Assembly (NCBI GenBank): GCA_051362555.1
Contig: CM120644.1
Span: forward strand, 11,182,567 to 11,246,566
Source of the DNA: Lingula anatina
Lineage: Eukaryota; Animalia; Brachiopoda
Direction: 5' to 3'
DNA: 64,000 nucleotides
Shown piece after piece: positions 1 to 15,683 of the stretch. Positions within the stretch are counted from its first letter, which is position 1. The number at the start of each line of letters is the position of its first letter. Both the position numbers and the translations under genes were made by a program. The notes under the pieces are model-generated. The model saw only the letters and a program-made list of their open reading frames with translations, was not told the origin of the DNA and did no database searches.

Positions 1-1261
1 ACTTTGTCTGTGCCTTAATAATTACACCTTAACCTGTCTGATGGCATTTCATTATCATCTATTTGTTTTCTTTTTAGAACTTAATCTTCAATTCTTTAGT
101 CAAGTAAATTTGATTTTTCTTTTACAAATCTGATTTTATATAAATGTTGCTACTATCTATCGTATAATTTTATTTTTACTGAGGCAATCTAATTTGAACC
201 TTCGGGCATTTTATTAAAACAAACCACTTCATATGTTCTTCTTTTTCAAAGATTGATGAATAAATAAATAAATAAACTAGATTAAAATCTTTTTTCTGAA
301 GTCAGAATATCACAGCGTGTAAATTATAAATAAATCATGAGTTCAATATGAAGATGCATAAAGCAAAATAAATATATACACTACACATACTTTGTCCTAA
401 TAGTAATCTAATAATCTAGGTATTAAACACCTCTAATTTTTGTAGAATTTATCAAATTCACCATTAAAGTTTTGTGTTCAAACAGATAAAAGGAGAAACT
501 TTACCATGTAATTAGCATTGATGTCACCATGATGTCTGACACGATGTCTGTAACGTCAGACCATTCACCATCATGCCTTATCTTCAATGTCTAAATTAAA
601 TCACTGTAATTTCTTGTGTCAAACCCCTCCCCCAATCCCTCCTCCAATTTATTCTCCTCATGTGAAAATGAGACCTCTTCTAATCCCTGCCTTTATCCAC
701 ATGAAATACTATAGAAATGAACATACCATCCCATACTTTGTGATTGCCCCTATCCAAAAGGAATTAACCAGTGGTAATTTCCTGGTCAATGTCTCCACAC
801 CCCCCTCTCCTCATTCTATTCACTGGTCAGTCCCCCCTCTCACCCCCACCCCCACCCCTCCCTTTCATTCTCTAAGACACCAACCATCAGCCCCTCTCCA
901 CTTAACCTGCTCTCCAGCATAAAACTTAAATGAGGCATAAACATCATTTGGAATACACCATCACTTCTGTGATTATTTTGATGCTTTGATTCCATATCTT
1001 TGATATCTTCATTGTAATTTCATTCCCATTAGTGGTAAGGCAATATACAACTGAAGTATCATGAACTGGTACACCTATACACCATTCAAGGAGACACTGG
1101 ACATTGCCATGGTACCTTGGTATCTATTAATCTAACACTGTTATTTCAAATAAAGAGTGATCAGCACCAAGTGCTCCATTTTATTTGGTCATTCATAAAC
1201 CCAATTCAAAGACCATTTTCAGCAGTTTTTAGTTATCATAAGAGCAAAAGCCCAAAAGTAT

Positions 1262-1428
1262 CTGAGGTAGCGCTAACACTCGCCAATTTAGCCAAATGCT
1301 AAAAGTGACTTAAATTGGCTACACAAAAACGGCTTGGTTTGACTCGTTTTAGTCAAATTATAACAATTTGAATAACAAATTGACAAAAAAGTGATTGGCT
1401 AAGCAAAAAAAAAAAATTGCTACCCCAG
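1262..1428. mobile_element. MITE family B, second copy
   Basis: Colinear similarity to 7221-7393 (GGTAGCGCTAACACTCGCCAATTTAGCC...GCTACCCCAG). Confidence 0.82.
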
Positions 1429-4337
1429 GGTGTTTTTTTTTTTTTCTCACAAACAAAATGACCATTTCAAGAAAGGCCACAAACATATTTCTCATTTCAT
1501 GTTTCATAACAAATCAAAAGCAGATTGAAATCCCCTCTGCATTCTTCCAGTTACACAGTCACACCTAACAGAATGACCAAGCCTCATAGCACCAAAGCCA
1601 GGGCTACTAGTAGGCTTATAAACTAAAAGAACTAAAGACAGAAAGCTGGTCTTAACTTTTAAACTAAAATTTTAGTCTATTTAACACCAAACACAGTAGT
1701 GGTACTAAACATATTTGATATATTTTATGTAAAAAAAGATGGTGTAAAAGTAAATCAAGTTTAGATTGACAGGACATCAATTTATATGCTTTTATTTTAT
1801 TTACTTTTTTTTATTCACCTATTTTAGGAAATATCAACCCCAGTTATTAAATAAGACCTGATATCACAGGGTGGAACAACTTGCTATGCCCTGACATGCA
1901 TGGGTAGAGAACTCAACATAGCCTCCAGAAAGATGACTTCAGCTGAACTTCTGTCCCAGTTCTGTCTGGCAGACCTCTCTGGCAGGAATACAAAACCCCT
2001 TCCCAGCCAGGCCCTCACATGGACATACCTCTTCTCTCAGTCATTGGACCTATTTTTTGGACTCATTTGTCATATTTCTGTAACTGGTCAAGATTAGCCC
2101 CTTTTGGGCATTGGTAAAAAATTGGAAAGCAAAAGACCAATATGGTGTTTTGGATGACTCTTACTTCTTGATCACTAATAATTATAAAGACTTCAAACCT
2201 TACTCTTTACACCTAAACCATTTTTTGTCTCTAGGCATTTTAAAGAAATAAAGCAAAACAACTACACACACACACATACACACACACAAATACACATTTC
2301 TTCTAAACATTTTGGCCTCTTGCCAAGATAACACATCAAAAATTAAAGAACTGAAGTCATGCCCTGTCGTGGTCCATGACACCAACCTCATTTTGTTCCT
2401 GTGCTCTAAAAACCTTTTTAAAGAAGAGTAAATAACTGAGGAAGATTTATTTACATGCACTTTTGAACCAAGCCTTCTTGGTGTATGTTCACATAAGATG
2501 TATTGCATGAAAAGAATTATAAAAGAAGTCAACATCTATTCTGATCGCAGAGAAGAAGACACATTTTCCACCTGGTTTGCTTTTGTTTATTTACACTAAG
2601 GAAGTCGTACACATTGACTTCTTATCTGATCAGAAATGGGGAATTTTTTCACCCGAGCTGCCATCTGAAAAGGATTTTTCAGTTTTTGTTGACATGTGAG
2701 GATGAGCAAAATGCATTATTTACAAACACACGCTGTGACAGAACCATCTGAACGTAATGACAGATTTTTCTGCTTCACGGCAATGACACAATGGATTGGG
2801 TTCACGGTGTGTGAATTAATTAACCACTGGGCTGGTTCCGGCAACACGTCAAAGGGAAAAGTCAAGCACATTAAATTCCGGACCCAACAAGACCCCCTTT
2901 TTACCAGCTTAATGCATGTTTACAAATCAGAAAATAAAGAATATCCACAGAGAGACTTATATAACGATGTCCACTGAAGGGTTTATAAACTTTTCGCCCC
3001 TTGTTGACCAAAAATACCTTCAAAAACTTCATCATCACCCTGGTAAATAATACAACTGTGACGAACAGTTTGAAAACAGTCAACCTAAAGATGTTTTGAT
3101 GTTTTTCTCCACTTTTGCTCCATTAAAATAGATTTTTTTTTCTTCAAGAGCAAATATAAGGGTCCCAATTGCTTCCACTTATCACAATACCACGCGCCAC
3201 ATTACAAAATAATAACTCAATTCAGTCAGGTGGTCTTGTTTTCATCTTACTTTTTTACAGGGGTGGTCGATTCTTTTGGACTTGCATATTCTTTAAGGAT
3301 GGGATCCAAGAGCCCTTATGTATTTCTTATGGTTAAATAGTTCAGCATATTCTGATCTCTTATGATGTCTGCGGATTAAGTTTAAACTGCTCTCTGCATG
3401 AGGTGTCAAAAGAGGCCGCACGTCCCTTACAAAGTTGGTGGTCTTGTGGTTTTCCACACTCTCAAGAATTCCATAGAAACCATCTTCTTGTGGATGTAAG
3501 GAATTTTCCACTTTACATGCTACTGGTGTCTTTACACCAAAATGTAGCACTGTTGCAGATTATGCTTAATTCTTCAACAAGTTATCACATGTTAGTTATA
3601 AGATGTTTTTTGTTTTTTTTTTTTTTTTTGTTCTTTTCCTTTTTTTAAAAATTTCCTAAATATAATATAGGTCAAGTCCAGGTACCTTCACACGAATTTA
3701 TATCTTTATTCTTTTAATGCACACCAAATTTGGAACTAGCAAACCGCAAATACTTCTTCTCTCATATTTTAACCTATTCATATTAAGCTCTCAACACATC
3801 CTGCCTAGTAAATAAAAAAAACAAGTTCAATGAAAAATCCAAATGACATCCTACTGCATAGAACATCTACAAAATCTACATTGTCAGCTGGTTTGTGGTA
3901 AAAGGAAAGTATGTATCATCTCTCACTTTGTAAAGGTCTAAAAGCTGATAAATCCTCACATTTCAGTTCATCTTTTACTTTTTTTTTCCCTTATCAATCA
4001 TTGACAAGCTACACAAACAAAACAACCCAACCCCAATACAAACAGAAGGTTTATAGTTTCAAACGCCTCAAACCACAGCAGTATCATAATCCCTTGCTTA
4101 GATGAATAATATGCATTTTTTGTTGGTCATCTTACACCTGATGACAAAACTAGATATCTCTCATAGAAAAACTGCACAGTGGCCATGGCATATAATGTAA
4201 AGTTAAATCACCAGTCCTCTCTGCCTGAGCACACAAGAGAAAAATGCCATGGCTTTGACATTTGGACAAAAGTCCTTTGATGTGTGCAGTGCTTTGTTGT
4301 CATTGTTGAAAGTATGCAATGTTGCAACTGTACGCTG

Positions 4338-4340
<3 letters not shown>

Positions 4341-4418
<78 letters not shown>
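4341..4418. repeat. (GA)n microsatellite
   Basis: About 39 perfect units. Confidence 0.98.
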
Positions 4419-4420
<2 letters not shown>

Positions 4421-7220
4421 CATAATAAAATATTTCTTTTCTTTAAACTGGGTGGCATATTGGGCCTTTACAATCAGACAAAAAAAATAAAAACAATGAC
4501 AAGGAGATTAAAATTTTATCACTGAAATTTAAATGATGGAATACTGATCTCAGCCATAATTATATCGCGATTTGTTGACCGTGCCCTTAATCACTGGATT
4601 TAAAGCATGATGCACAGATAGCAGGGGAAAAACGGGTCATTTAATTCACCATTTTTGCAAGGTCCTTGCTCCTCTATTAAGTTTATTTTGGAACTAGACA
4701 TTCATCATCATGATTATTATTTTTTATTAGAGGGCTTAAGGACAATCATGGTTATTTTCAGTAATTTTCACCAGAGCTGATAAAACCAACACGTGCCTCT
4801 GCTTAAATTTTTTAAATCCAAAACTCCTTCTTTCCTTCTAGAATTACTTGAATTTAATTATTGTTTTCATTCACTTACAGGACAAATCAAAAAAAAAAAA
4901 AGATGGAAGATGCAGCGATTTTTCATCTTAATTCGTACATTTATGATTCTTATCATGGACAAAATGATTTCAGAAATCAGGGCTTTTGTACACATATATC
5001 TTCATTTCTAGACCCAAAATATGTGACATGTTCAACCAACTGGCTTCCCAAACCATCCATTACCAAATAAAGGGGTGCATCGTGGTTGGGGAATTCTATT
5101 TTCTCCAAAATATGTTTCAGATAGTAATACTAATGACTTTTATCACTGTTAAATATATCTTGTAGACATACAAGTCACCTACTGACTACATGTTTGTCAA
5201 TAAAACTTGTATGCTCAACTAAACAAACCAATTACCAATATGTTAAAAAAAATTCATTTCATATGACAGCTTAAATAATTTTATCAAGATTTTAAACAGT
5301 GAAATAAGGCACATCACTGTAAAATATTATTTTGAGATCATGGGACAAGAAAACTGGGACACCAATTTCCTGAGCTAAACCACAATGACCAGACGTACGT
5401 CACGGACATAACATTGACAGAAGATGAACTGATGGCCAGTGCTATTAATCAACTTAATAAGCTCCAAGTGGATACTCACGCCCAATGTTGCAGTCATTTT
5501 ATCTCCTGCTGTAAATCTCAGTACACATAACCTTACAAATACTGGTTCCATTGACCAATGGTCAAATGTGGTCTTTGTCTAATCATTTGATATACCGACC
5601 ACTTACATTAGCAAAGGGCAAATGGCACTTGATGAAAAGTGACCACTGAATGAATAGAAATGGTCATTTTCTGGCCATTGGGACATACAATGACAACACG
5701 ATGACCACTCTGTTCCTTCCTGACATATCAACGGTCAAATGTGTTGTCCATCCCATCATTTGATACTTACAACAATTAAGTGGACACTGGTCAACAGAGT
5801 GGTCAGTGAATAAAACTACTCTTCCACTGGACCTATGGCCAAACAATGCCCATTTGCTGACCATTTGTACCATTTTGATAGATTGCAGTCAAACCTGCCC
5901 TTCATGCCATTTGATATGACCATTTTGGACAATATTAAGTAAGTGCCAAACAACGCTAATCAGCAGCACACATCACAGACACTGCTCTCTAACATTTCCA
6001 GGAACTATGACACTCAATGTCACAAGAGTATGTCATCAATACTTAAGACACCTGGTCATAACACCACATTATATCAAGGACATCATACATCATCCTTACA
6101 TCTATCTGTTATGATAGAGAAAACTGTCGCCAAATCCCCACCCTTAAAAGGCTTAATTGTCGTTCCAGAAACATCAAACAAATCCTTTATCGTAGATGAG
6201 TGTCATCAGTCAGAATTCATACACATATGCACTGTCACTCTTGAGAGATCTTGGGAGGAGATAATTAAGAGTGACCCAGGGTCAGTGCTGTCCGTAGAGG
6301 TGCTAATTAAAAGGAAGTGGACTTGTGTCACTACTGCAATAGGAAACAAGGACAGGTGACAAGCTCATGTTATGTCATGTCCTCTCTCTCTCTCCCCCTC
6401 ACCCGACTCCTCACAGCCCAACTGTTATAATTATTTTTCCATTTCACCCTCAGAACCCTGATTCAAGCCCCAACAATTTTTCAATCAAAAACAGAGAGAA
6501 AATGAGCCACATGTCCTCTCTTCAATATGTCAACCTCATGTCCATCTATTGGGACATCTTCAGCCCCTCATCCTTCGTGCAGTCTCATCTACAAGAGATA
6601 TCAGTTGACCAGCATGTCTTGGTCATATTACCAACAAATCAATCCATTACCAACCAGGGCACCAATCCCAGTCATTAGCCCCACAACTAATGGACAACAT
6701 TATAGTTAGTAAACACTGGGCAAAGTCAACAAGATGAAAATTTCTGTGGTAAATTACTGTTTTGTGTTACCCGCAGACTGCCTATGCGGGCGTAACCCCT
6801 GCGTCATCTTGACAAGCGTTGTGGTCTTGGCGGGGCAGATTATGAAGTCAAGAGAAGTTCAACTGGATAGTTTTTCAATGAAGTTTTCAATTAACTTTGA
6901 GAAAACATCATTACTATTTGGGGAAGAAAAGGTCTAAAAAGTTACTCAGCAGCATGTCTGAAAATCAATCAAAATCTTGTTTGTTGTAGAGATCAAATTA
7001 TATTTTTTCAGGCTATTCATACTGACCATACCTCTGCTGATAGAAATGGGCAAATGTTTACATCATTTGAGAGTTTTTTCTAAAATTTCTACCAATTTAT
7101 ATGATAGTGTTGACCAGCATACCAGAATAGCTGCCATGTGTCTTCTTTTGGTAAAAAAAAAAATGTCAACACCAAAAATGTCTTTATAATACATATTCTT
7201 GACTACTTCCATAGCACATT

Positions 7221-7393
7221 CTGGGGTAGCGCTAACACTCGCCAATTTAGCCGAATGCTAAAACTGTCTTAAATTGGTTAAAGAAAAAGGGCTTGATTTG
7301 AGATGTTTTAGCCAAATTATAACCATTTTGATAACAAATTGACAAAAATGTGGTGATTTGGCTAAGTGAAAAAAATTGCTAGCGCTACCCCAG
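7221..7393. mobile_element. MITE family B, intact copy
   Basis: 14-bp TIR CTGGGGTAGCGCTA/TAGCGCTACCCCAG; ACATT on both flanks; second copy at 1262-1428. Confidence 0.85.
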
Positions 7394-8881
7394 ACATTTT
7401 ATTCACAAGTTGATAAAACAATAGAGGCATTAATTTCAGGGCAGTACACTTCACACTTAGGCAGTACCTTGCACTGTTATCCTTGTAACCTTATGAAATA
7501 AATTATTTAGAGGTGGTTTTAATATATTCATAACCAGTGGTGTGGTCTTCACCACACACACTAGGTAGGAGAGGACCATGAACATTCCAATACAGAAATC
7601 ATTACCATATATTACAAATGATTACACCTACATGGGAGGCTCTACCTGGCACGTCCTGACAGTGTATCCTGGTTTACAGGGGGTGGGGAAAATAAAGAAT
7701 TTAAGGCTTGTGTTTGGTTGTAGTTCAAGGCCAAAACCTGAGTCTACTTATATTTTTCATACATCACTGTTAGTCCGCTTGCATCGTACTTTGTGTTTGT
7801 TTTATATATTAATTTTTACATGAATGGTTAAGGTTACATTAATAACAACATTTACTAACTTACTGCTTATACTGATGTAACAGAAAAAATAAGATTCTCA
7901 TCCTCAGCAACTATGGCTTAAATCTATTTATAAAATTATCAGATTTAATGAACAAATATCAGAAAGAGATGTGAAACCCCTTTTATTATTTCATAATTAT
8001 AACCAAGTTTTAAAGTTGAGTGACAAGTGCATCTTTATTAAGCAAAATGGTACCATGCACTCTATAATTATCAAATGGATCAAGATCCAGCCGTACCCAG
8101 TTTTCAACAAAACAAAGGGATAAACAGTCAAGGCTCACCAGTCTCATCAGCCTGGTGCTAGTAATGATGAAGAGATTAAAGATACTGATGAAATATGTGA
8201 TAAATGTTAAGAGATGTTGATCAAGAATGTGATAACTAGTCACCATGAGCTGTTGCACCTACATCTTCCTCCTACTCAGGGTCTTTCGGGTCAACAGAAG
8301 TATGTCTAGTGGATTTTTGTCCACTGAGTGGTTTTAAATAGCTACAGCCTTATCTGAAATCTATTAATGGGCATTTTAACATAAAACATCAAGACTTAAG
8401 GGTATAAGCTTTAATTTCTTCATCCTTCATCTTTCCGTTTTGTTATAGCTGCAGTGGTTTGAATATAGTGATTTTTTTACTGAAATAAAATCCTGAATGG
8501 AGTAGACATGGCCTTAATAACATAACATCTGGCCACAGATCATGGAATTAATAGATGGGAGGCTGACTGTGTAGAAATGGACTCCTGTTAACTCCCCAGC
8601 CCAGGTGTGCCTACTATACCACAGATGTCATTTGTTTAGAAGACATTAACAAATGATTGCACCATACTACCACAGGTAGTGCTTTACTCCAGTAAGGTTG
8701 CCATAAAACCCAAGGATGAGACTGCCTTTTAGTGAAGAAGTCTGAAAATATGGCATTGGGTTCAGGGAACTGCCTGCAACAATCTCAAAAATGATATTTT
8801 TTGACTCCCAGAAAGTCAGTAATCTGCCAATTGTTTGAAAATCTCATTACCGATTGACCAACCAACTGTTCACAGCTCTTA

Positions 8882-8975
8882 CAATGCCATGTAACAACAA
8901 TGGCAAGGTCATGTCAACAATGACAATGTCATGTCAACAACAATGACAAGGCCATGTCAACAAAAATGGCAATGT
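8882..8975. repeat. Degenerate 19-22 bp minisatellite (CAATGACAAGGTCATGTCAA-like), ~5 units
   Basis: Repeated CATGTCAACAA/CAATGRCAA. Confidence 0.8.
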
Positions 8976-11900
8976 AACATAAGCAGTTACTATGCAAATG
9001 TATTTCTCTTTACTGATTAATTTCACTAAAAGATTCACACAGCCTCATCTATAACTTTTAACCTTTCCTTTATTGCTTGGGATGTTAAATAGCCTATTTA
9101 ATGGTTTTACTGTATTCTGCTTCTCAAAGTTGTGAGAAATAAAATGTTATTATTAGCATCATCATTTCTATTATTTTGCCATTATAACACGTGCTGATGA
9201 GTTGATAGATGATAATGCATTTCATACTTCATAAATACATAAAACATAATAAAAGAGAAGAAATTTGATCTCAATGAGAGCACAATGATGACAAATAAAC
9301 AGTACAATATTTAGTCATCAAAATCAGTTCCTATATAATTGAAAGAGGTAACAGGTTCCAATGACAACAATTCCAAATACTAAACATCTCAAAATGAGAC
9401 CAAATTTTCATTTATGGTAAATGGCAGGCATTTTTAAATCACTGATTTACTTAACTGATGTACTCTGTTTCAACCAAATTGCCCTGAATTTGACACCCTT
9501 AAAAACAAGCCTCAGGTATGAGAAATGAGCAATCAAGGTTTATGGAACCTTCACTAATCATCACTAGCCTCTAAAAGCCTCATTCAGAACCTTAATACCC
9601 CATTATTAAAATTTCACGGAATTTGAACAGCATATGACACCATGCGTCTATGGCATTTCTAAATTATGCCTCACGAAAGTTCTAATTTCCAGTTTACTAG
9701 GGCGCATTCTAAAATTGTCCCAGACAGGAAGAAAAGTTTGCGGTGAAATAAAGAGAGGTTAGTATACACTTCGTAATAATGAGGGAGGGGGGGGCAGTAA
9801 TTTGACCTCCATTAAAAGGGCAACATATTTGAAACACGTTTGTTATCAACATTTAGCATAAAACAATCATTTTGTGACAAAGGCCTAGGTAGCATGGAAA
9901 GTTCACGGAATATCATAAATGATTAATTTCAGTGGAACCATGTCGAAGACAGCGTATTATATGAATAAAAACATACAGACAATAATCACTATCATTTACA
10001 GGGAAATCGGAGGGACAACATATCCGAATACGTAGTTGCTTACATCTAATACTGAAATCTTCATCTTTCAGCATGGCCAAGGGTACCATTACAGGTTTAC
10101 AATGACCCAACCCCGATGTTTCTATGACCGACAAATGCATGTTGACCAAGTTGTAGATGAACAAAAATCACTACCATTAGTTATTTAAAAGAATAGGACC
10201 TCACTTTCAAATTTTTCCATACCATGTTCAAATTCTAAACAACCATTTGCAAACATGTTTTCAAACTTAAATGTCCCATTATTGGCCTATAATGAAACAC
10301 GACTACTATGATCTGGATTCAGAATAGTAAAAGGTCTTTTTTGGGAGGAAACAAAATTACTGTCATTTATAAGGACATGACGCATTATCTTACTCCAATA
10401 CTAAAATAGCATCAGAAAACAGGATAAAAAGGTAGTATTTATGGTAAAATGTAGAACCCTACATACATTTCTACAAATGTCATTGACATTACTCTATGTT
10501 TTTGGTCAAATAACATTGGGGAACAAGACTATAATTATAGTTGTTTGGAAGAACAGAAGACAACAGTCATGAATACCATGAAAATGTCATTACTCTGGCT
10601 AAGACTAAAGATACAGACTGAAATGGCCATACTGAAAAATAGTACTACAATCAGCTTTTGGAGGTAGTCTCTTTTTACAATAAAAAATATTCATAAGTTT
10701 TGAATGGAATTCTTAATTCTCAACTGAAAACTCTGACAAACAACTTTGACAGTAACTTTTATCAAGTGCAATCTCATTTAATTTCTTCACATGCAGAGAA
10801 ACAATTAAAAGCTTCCAAGTCAAACGCCCTGTTATTATCTCTCAACCCTCGGAGACTTGTTGGAAACACTTTCATAATAATAATTAATATTTCAATCCCA
10901 TACCACACACAATGGGAGTTACTGATTAATCAACCTTCCTAACCAGGTGCATTTAAAAAGCCATATACTGCACGGAGATGTGGAGATTCGTTGAACTAAA
11001 GAGTTAACCATTATGACATCAAAAGGTCCAGTAAACAATGGCGTACCTTATTAATTAACCTGTATAATGACTTCACACCAGAGACGAGTGCACTAAGAAG
11101 AGAAGGCGTATAGACTGGGCTTTATGATGGTGGAATGCGGGGTGATATGAACCAGCTTGTACCTTTCAGCTGTACCAGAAGTCAATATGGCTTAACATAC
11201 GCCATTTACACCCTTTATTTCTATGAGAAATATGAACTGGGATGACCCTGCCATTTAGTGAAAAAGTCTGAAAACAAAATGGAAATCTGACAATATTCAG
11301 AAAAATCTCATCCCTGTATAAAACGTGTCCTTAGGTTTACAGTTCTACTTGTAAATTTTAAAAAGTAACTTTGATACATAAATATGTAAAACAGCTACAT
11401 TCAAAATCACTACCATTTTTCTGCGTGTCTGTTATGCTATTGATAGAATAAATTCAAGTGCTATTGCTGACATTATCACATATTAAAATCATGTACTAGT
11501 AACACTTATCCCTCAAGTGACATCGAATTACTTATTTGCGTGTTAGAAGGAAGCAGTTGAAAAATAACCCTCAACACATTTTTCATTTGAATAAACCAAA
11601 TAAATTCAAGTGTTACACTTAACAAGTACCTGAACTTCTTTACAAATACTATAAGATCATGCAAATGTCAGTTAACAGGTCCTCCCTTCTTTTTGACCTG
11701 CACATCTGGGCTCTTTCCTAATCTTATATCTTGTATTCCAGCTATCTGTTAGGCAATCAATTTAGAAATGATTGGACTGATTTGAAAATTTTACATAAAA
11801 ATGTTAAATTTAAAAATACCCTTTGAAGAATTTTTCTTTATTACCCTTACTCTTGATAAAATACCATTTCAAAGCAAAAGTCCACATCGCTATTAAAAAG

Positions 11901-13643
11901 AATTTTAAAATAATATAAATGTTAATAGCAAAAATATGTATATAAAAAAATCAAGGTTATCCATGTCTATCTGACCCCATACTCTAAATGACATGGGGTG
12001 TCTGACATCTAGCCAAAATTCAGAAGACAAGAACTGATGGGCACCGTCCCAACTTCAGTGGATGCCCAGAAGTCAGAGCAGCGCACAAAGAGGGCACCTC
12101 TATGTATAATTCATGCCTCTATGTCCAGGGTACTGCTCTTTTCTCTGTATTCAAAACATACTACAGGGACCCTTGTTGCATCTATAATCATCATCTCTTC
12201 TTGAGAAAAAAATAACATGAAAAGAGGGCACTTCAAAGAGGTATGGTACAGCTGTGAAATAAAGTCCCCATTTTAGTATTTTCAGATGCAACTTGGTTTT
12301 CAAAACTTGCAGGAATGATTAACAACTGTCACAAATCATAAACTACTGGAAATCATTAGATGTCCAATTGGGGTATTAATCAGAAAAACAGTTTTTGACC
12401 CAGTGGAAAAAATATGACCAAGCTTCCAGTGAGGTCAGATAAAACAGATACATAAAGCTCAACCCTATGCACACTGTATCCCGCTTCTTTGACACTTCAC
12501 CTTTCCTTGTGATTAAAAAATAGTTTCGGGCCAAAAGTTTACAATTATGAATTATATTAAGATGGTGTGAATGTTAATATTACCCATAAGAAATTATATA
12601 CAAATTTATTTAAAAAAAATCAAAAAAAAATTATCCACATCAATCTGACCTCATACAGTCATGCTCTTGCTGATGTCGCAGGTGCATGCACATGATATTG
12701 AGCAAAAATTCAAACGATGAAAAAAGAGATAAGCAACACTAGAAGATACAAATCTAACAATACAAAATATCAAGTCAAGATATTTCAATTGGAATTTATG
12801 ACAGATGAAGATGGATATTTTACAGAGAGTTTCCGTGTGCAAAGGGCATTGTTATAATCTCATATTATCATATAATATGTGTAGAGTGCACAATCATGAC
12901 ATTCCCATTTGTGTGTCCTACATGAGTTGTACCCATACAGTTAAAATGGTTTTAGAAAATAGCTTCTGATTCATCAGTCCTATCATGAAAACAATAAAAT
13001 TTAATAGATAAACCAAATTTTACTGAAGTCAATGCACTGTTTAAGTCAACTCATAGAATGGTGGGTAAACAAGTAAATGGGATTATTTATGTCAACAGTA
13101 AGATTGGTATTTGTTTGTATTTTGTAAGGATGTCTGTCATAAACAAAGGAAAACAAAAATAGCATTTGAGGTCATCTGCCAAAACATTTTGTATTCCAAA
13201 TAAGGACACAGGATTTCTGGACAACAATTCATGTCTGTAGTTCAAAAAGAAGGTAAAAGCTGGTCAGTAAACAAAAGCCAAAAACATTTCAGAAAAAATT
13301 ATGAATATGTAGCTATTCTTGTGGTCAACCAACAACTTCAGTTTGAATTCAAAATACAGACACAATAGTCAATGGTCCAAGAGTACTATAAAAAGTTCAA
13401 TGCTGTCTGTGAAATGAAAACAAATCCATCAAAAGTCCAAAAATGGCCACCTGTTGTTATTTTTGTGGTCACTTTCCAGAATTAATTTGAATTCAAAAAA
13501 CGGACAACATGTCCTTAGCTCATTCAACGAGAACTTCAAAGATGTCCGTAAAATGAAAACAAATAGAGAACAAAAGTAAATCTAGACATCTGTGTCTTGA
13601 CAAAAATCTTACTCATCCTATCACTGCCAGGACAAATTGCTGA

Positions 13644-13899
13644 TAGGGCTTATTTCCAATGAAAGCATTGTTCTACTTAGACCGATCCAACTCCATAGGG
13701 ACTCTTGCTAAATGCAAATAAATTAAGAGATTAACACACCTCTGCTTGACTAAAATACAAAAAAAGTTGTTGATCTTAAAAGTACATTGGAAACAAGAGG
13801 AGATGTGAAAATCTATTCATCTGACCGTATTCAGCAAAAGTCCCCAAAGAGTTGGATCGATCTTCATAAAAGAATAGTTTCATTGGGAAGGAACTCATA
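13644..13899. mobile_element. Old foldback MITE
   Basis: ~70-bp degenerate inverted repeats (CCAATGAAA...CGATCCAACTC...GGGACT versus AGTCCC...GAGTTGGATCG...TTTCATTGG). Confidence 0.6.
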
Positions 13900-15560
13900 G
13901 ACAACCATCCATGATATCAGGATTAAAATTGGATACTGTCATTGTCAGTCAATAATTATACTATAAAATAGCTTAAATATAATTCTGGTCCCTTTGTGAC
14001 TAGGTATGTTCCTGATAAAAAGTTGAATTACTTCTGGTTTTTGGTTGGAAAATTTATGAACCTGATGTGCTTTACTTGATTCAAACAAACAAATCCAACA
14101 AATCATCAAACAAACAACAATGCAGACTAAAGCATACAGGCTTACCTGGCTTACTAATAGACATATAAATAATCAAACACCCATGAAAACAAGCAAATAA
14201 ATAATACATCAATCTGAAGTACGCAGAGTTTAGGAGTACAGGTTGGACGAGGTGAGCAGATAGGGGACAGTTCTCAAAGTTACCACATGTGCGGAACAGT
14301 TTGGAACCGCCTTCTCTGATGAAGAGCGACTGACTCATATACCTTTAGTTTTAGGGGCAGCATAACATTACAGTGTTGTCCCTCTTGGTCTCTAATCTTG
14401 TGTGAACATAATAAATCATCCAAAGCAGAAAAGTGAAAACTCCTTTTCATGGTTTACGATAAAAGCTTCATCATTTTAACTATTACTTTTCCAGCAGGGG
14501 TTGACATAAATCATCCTTTGAAAAATGCTTACACAATGTTAAGTACCTGGGGCTGAGTTCTCCTCCTGTTGCTTATCTCATACCTGTCAGTGCTTTTACT
14601 GTTTGTCTTTTCACACTTATGCACATCATACAGATAAATAACCATTTTGTATTATAACTTAATGGGAAAATTTAAATGTCCTCACATATTTGTTTCTTTT
14701 CCTAACTGCACACATTATAAATCATACTTCAAAAGAAAACTGACTTTTCTTTTTATTTATTTATTTATTTTTTTTTCAAAGTAAACACCAATCTCAACAG
14801 GTGTCAGATTTACAGAACCATTTTGTGTTAATACATCAAGCAACCGCCAAAATTGACTAAATTTTTCAGGTCATAAAGTGTCCCCCAAAACGGTCATTTC
14901 AAACCTTATAATTATACTTCTGTTAACTGTCAGCGCTGTTTGAATTCAATACCCAAAACATTTCAAATTCTGCATGAGTGACAATGCATAAAAGGTGCTG
15001 CTTCAATTGAAGATATTCAATTTCCTACAAATTCTGTATCTTTACAGCAGGAGCAGCCTTCCATGCTATGGTATTAAATATCAGTTAAACATAAACAATT
15101 ACGTAGTTAGAAAATCTGAAAAGTTCAAAATGATTCTGGAAAATTTTTGGCCATCCTAAAGTTCCAACCTTGTTATCTGAATTGAACTAAACCTCTCAGT
15201 ATGGTACCTTTTAAGATGACCCTTCTTAATATGACTGCCCCTATAACTAGCTAGAATTGAAGATGTAATTATTTAGGAACCATCAAGAAATGACTAAAAT
15301 CTTATCCAGCAATTATATCTAAATTGCGACTAGACACCGAAATGCACCAGCACATACTGTCTAAGACTTGAACATCACAAATTAAAGCAATTATGGCTCT
15401 TAGTTATCCTAAGATATGGCTCCTGATCGTCTGTCCTGTGTGTCATGCCCTCCGTAAGCCTGGTGTGTCCACTTTATCAAAAGTTTGCTCATTAAATACC
15501 CTCTTAAAATCCAGGAGGGGTAAAATTATCAGCCCCAAAGATTAAATCTATTTTCACATA

Positions 15561-15683
15561 AGGGTCATTTATAAAAGTGGGAGCTTGGTAATTACTTGCA
15601 AATCTGAAACATCAACTTGCTGTAACATCTTTTTTTTTTTTAGATTTCTCTTAAATAACTAATTTTTATTCATAAATGAGCCT
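15561..15683. mobile_element. Possible small MITE
   Basis: AGGGTCATTTAT / ATAAATGAGCCT inverted ends in TA-rich flanks. Confidence 0.35.

Noticed and set aside
4208-4490. SLSLSL/ERERER ORFs, and similar ones at 32493, 37698, 51113 and 63541
   Set aside because: Microsatellite or homopolymer translations.
14081-14338. 85-aa minus-strand ORF as another CCDC177 exon
   Set aside because: No coiled-coil character and no convincing phase-compatible splice sites.
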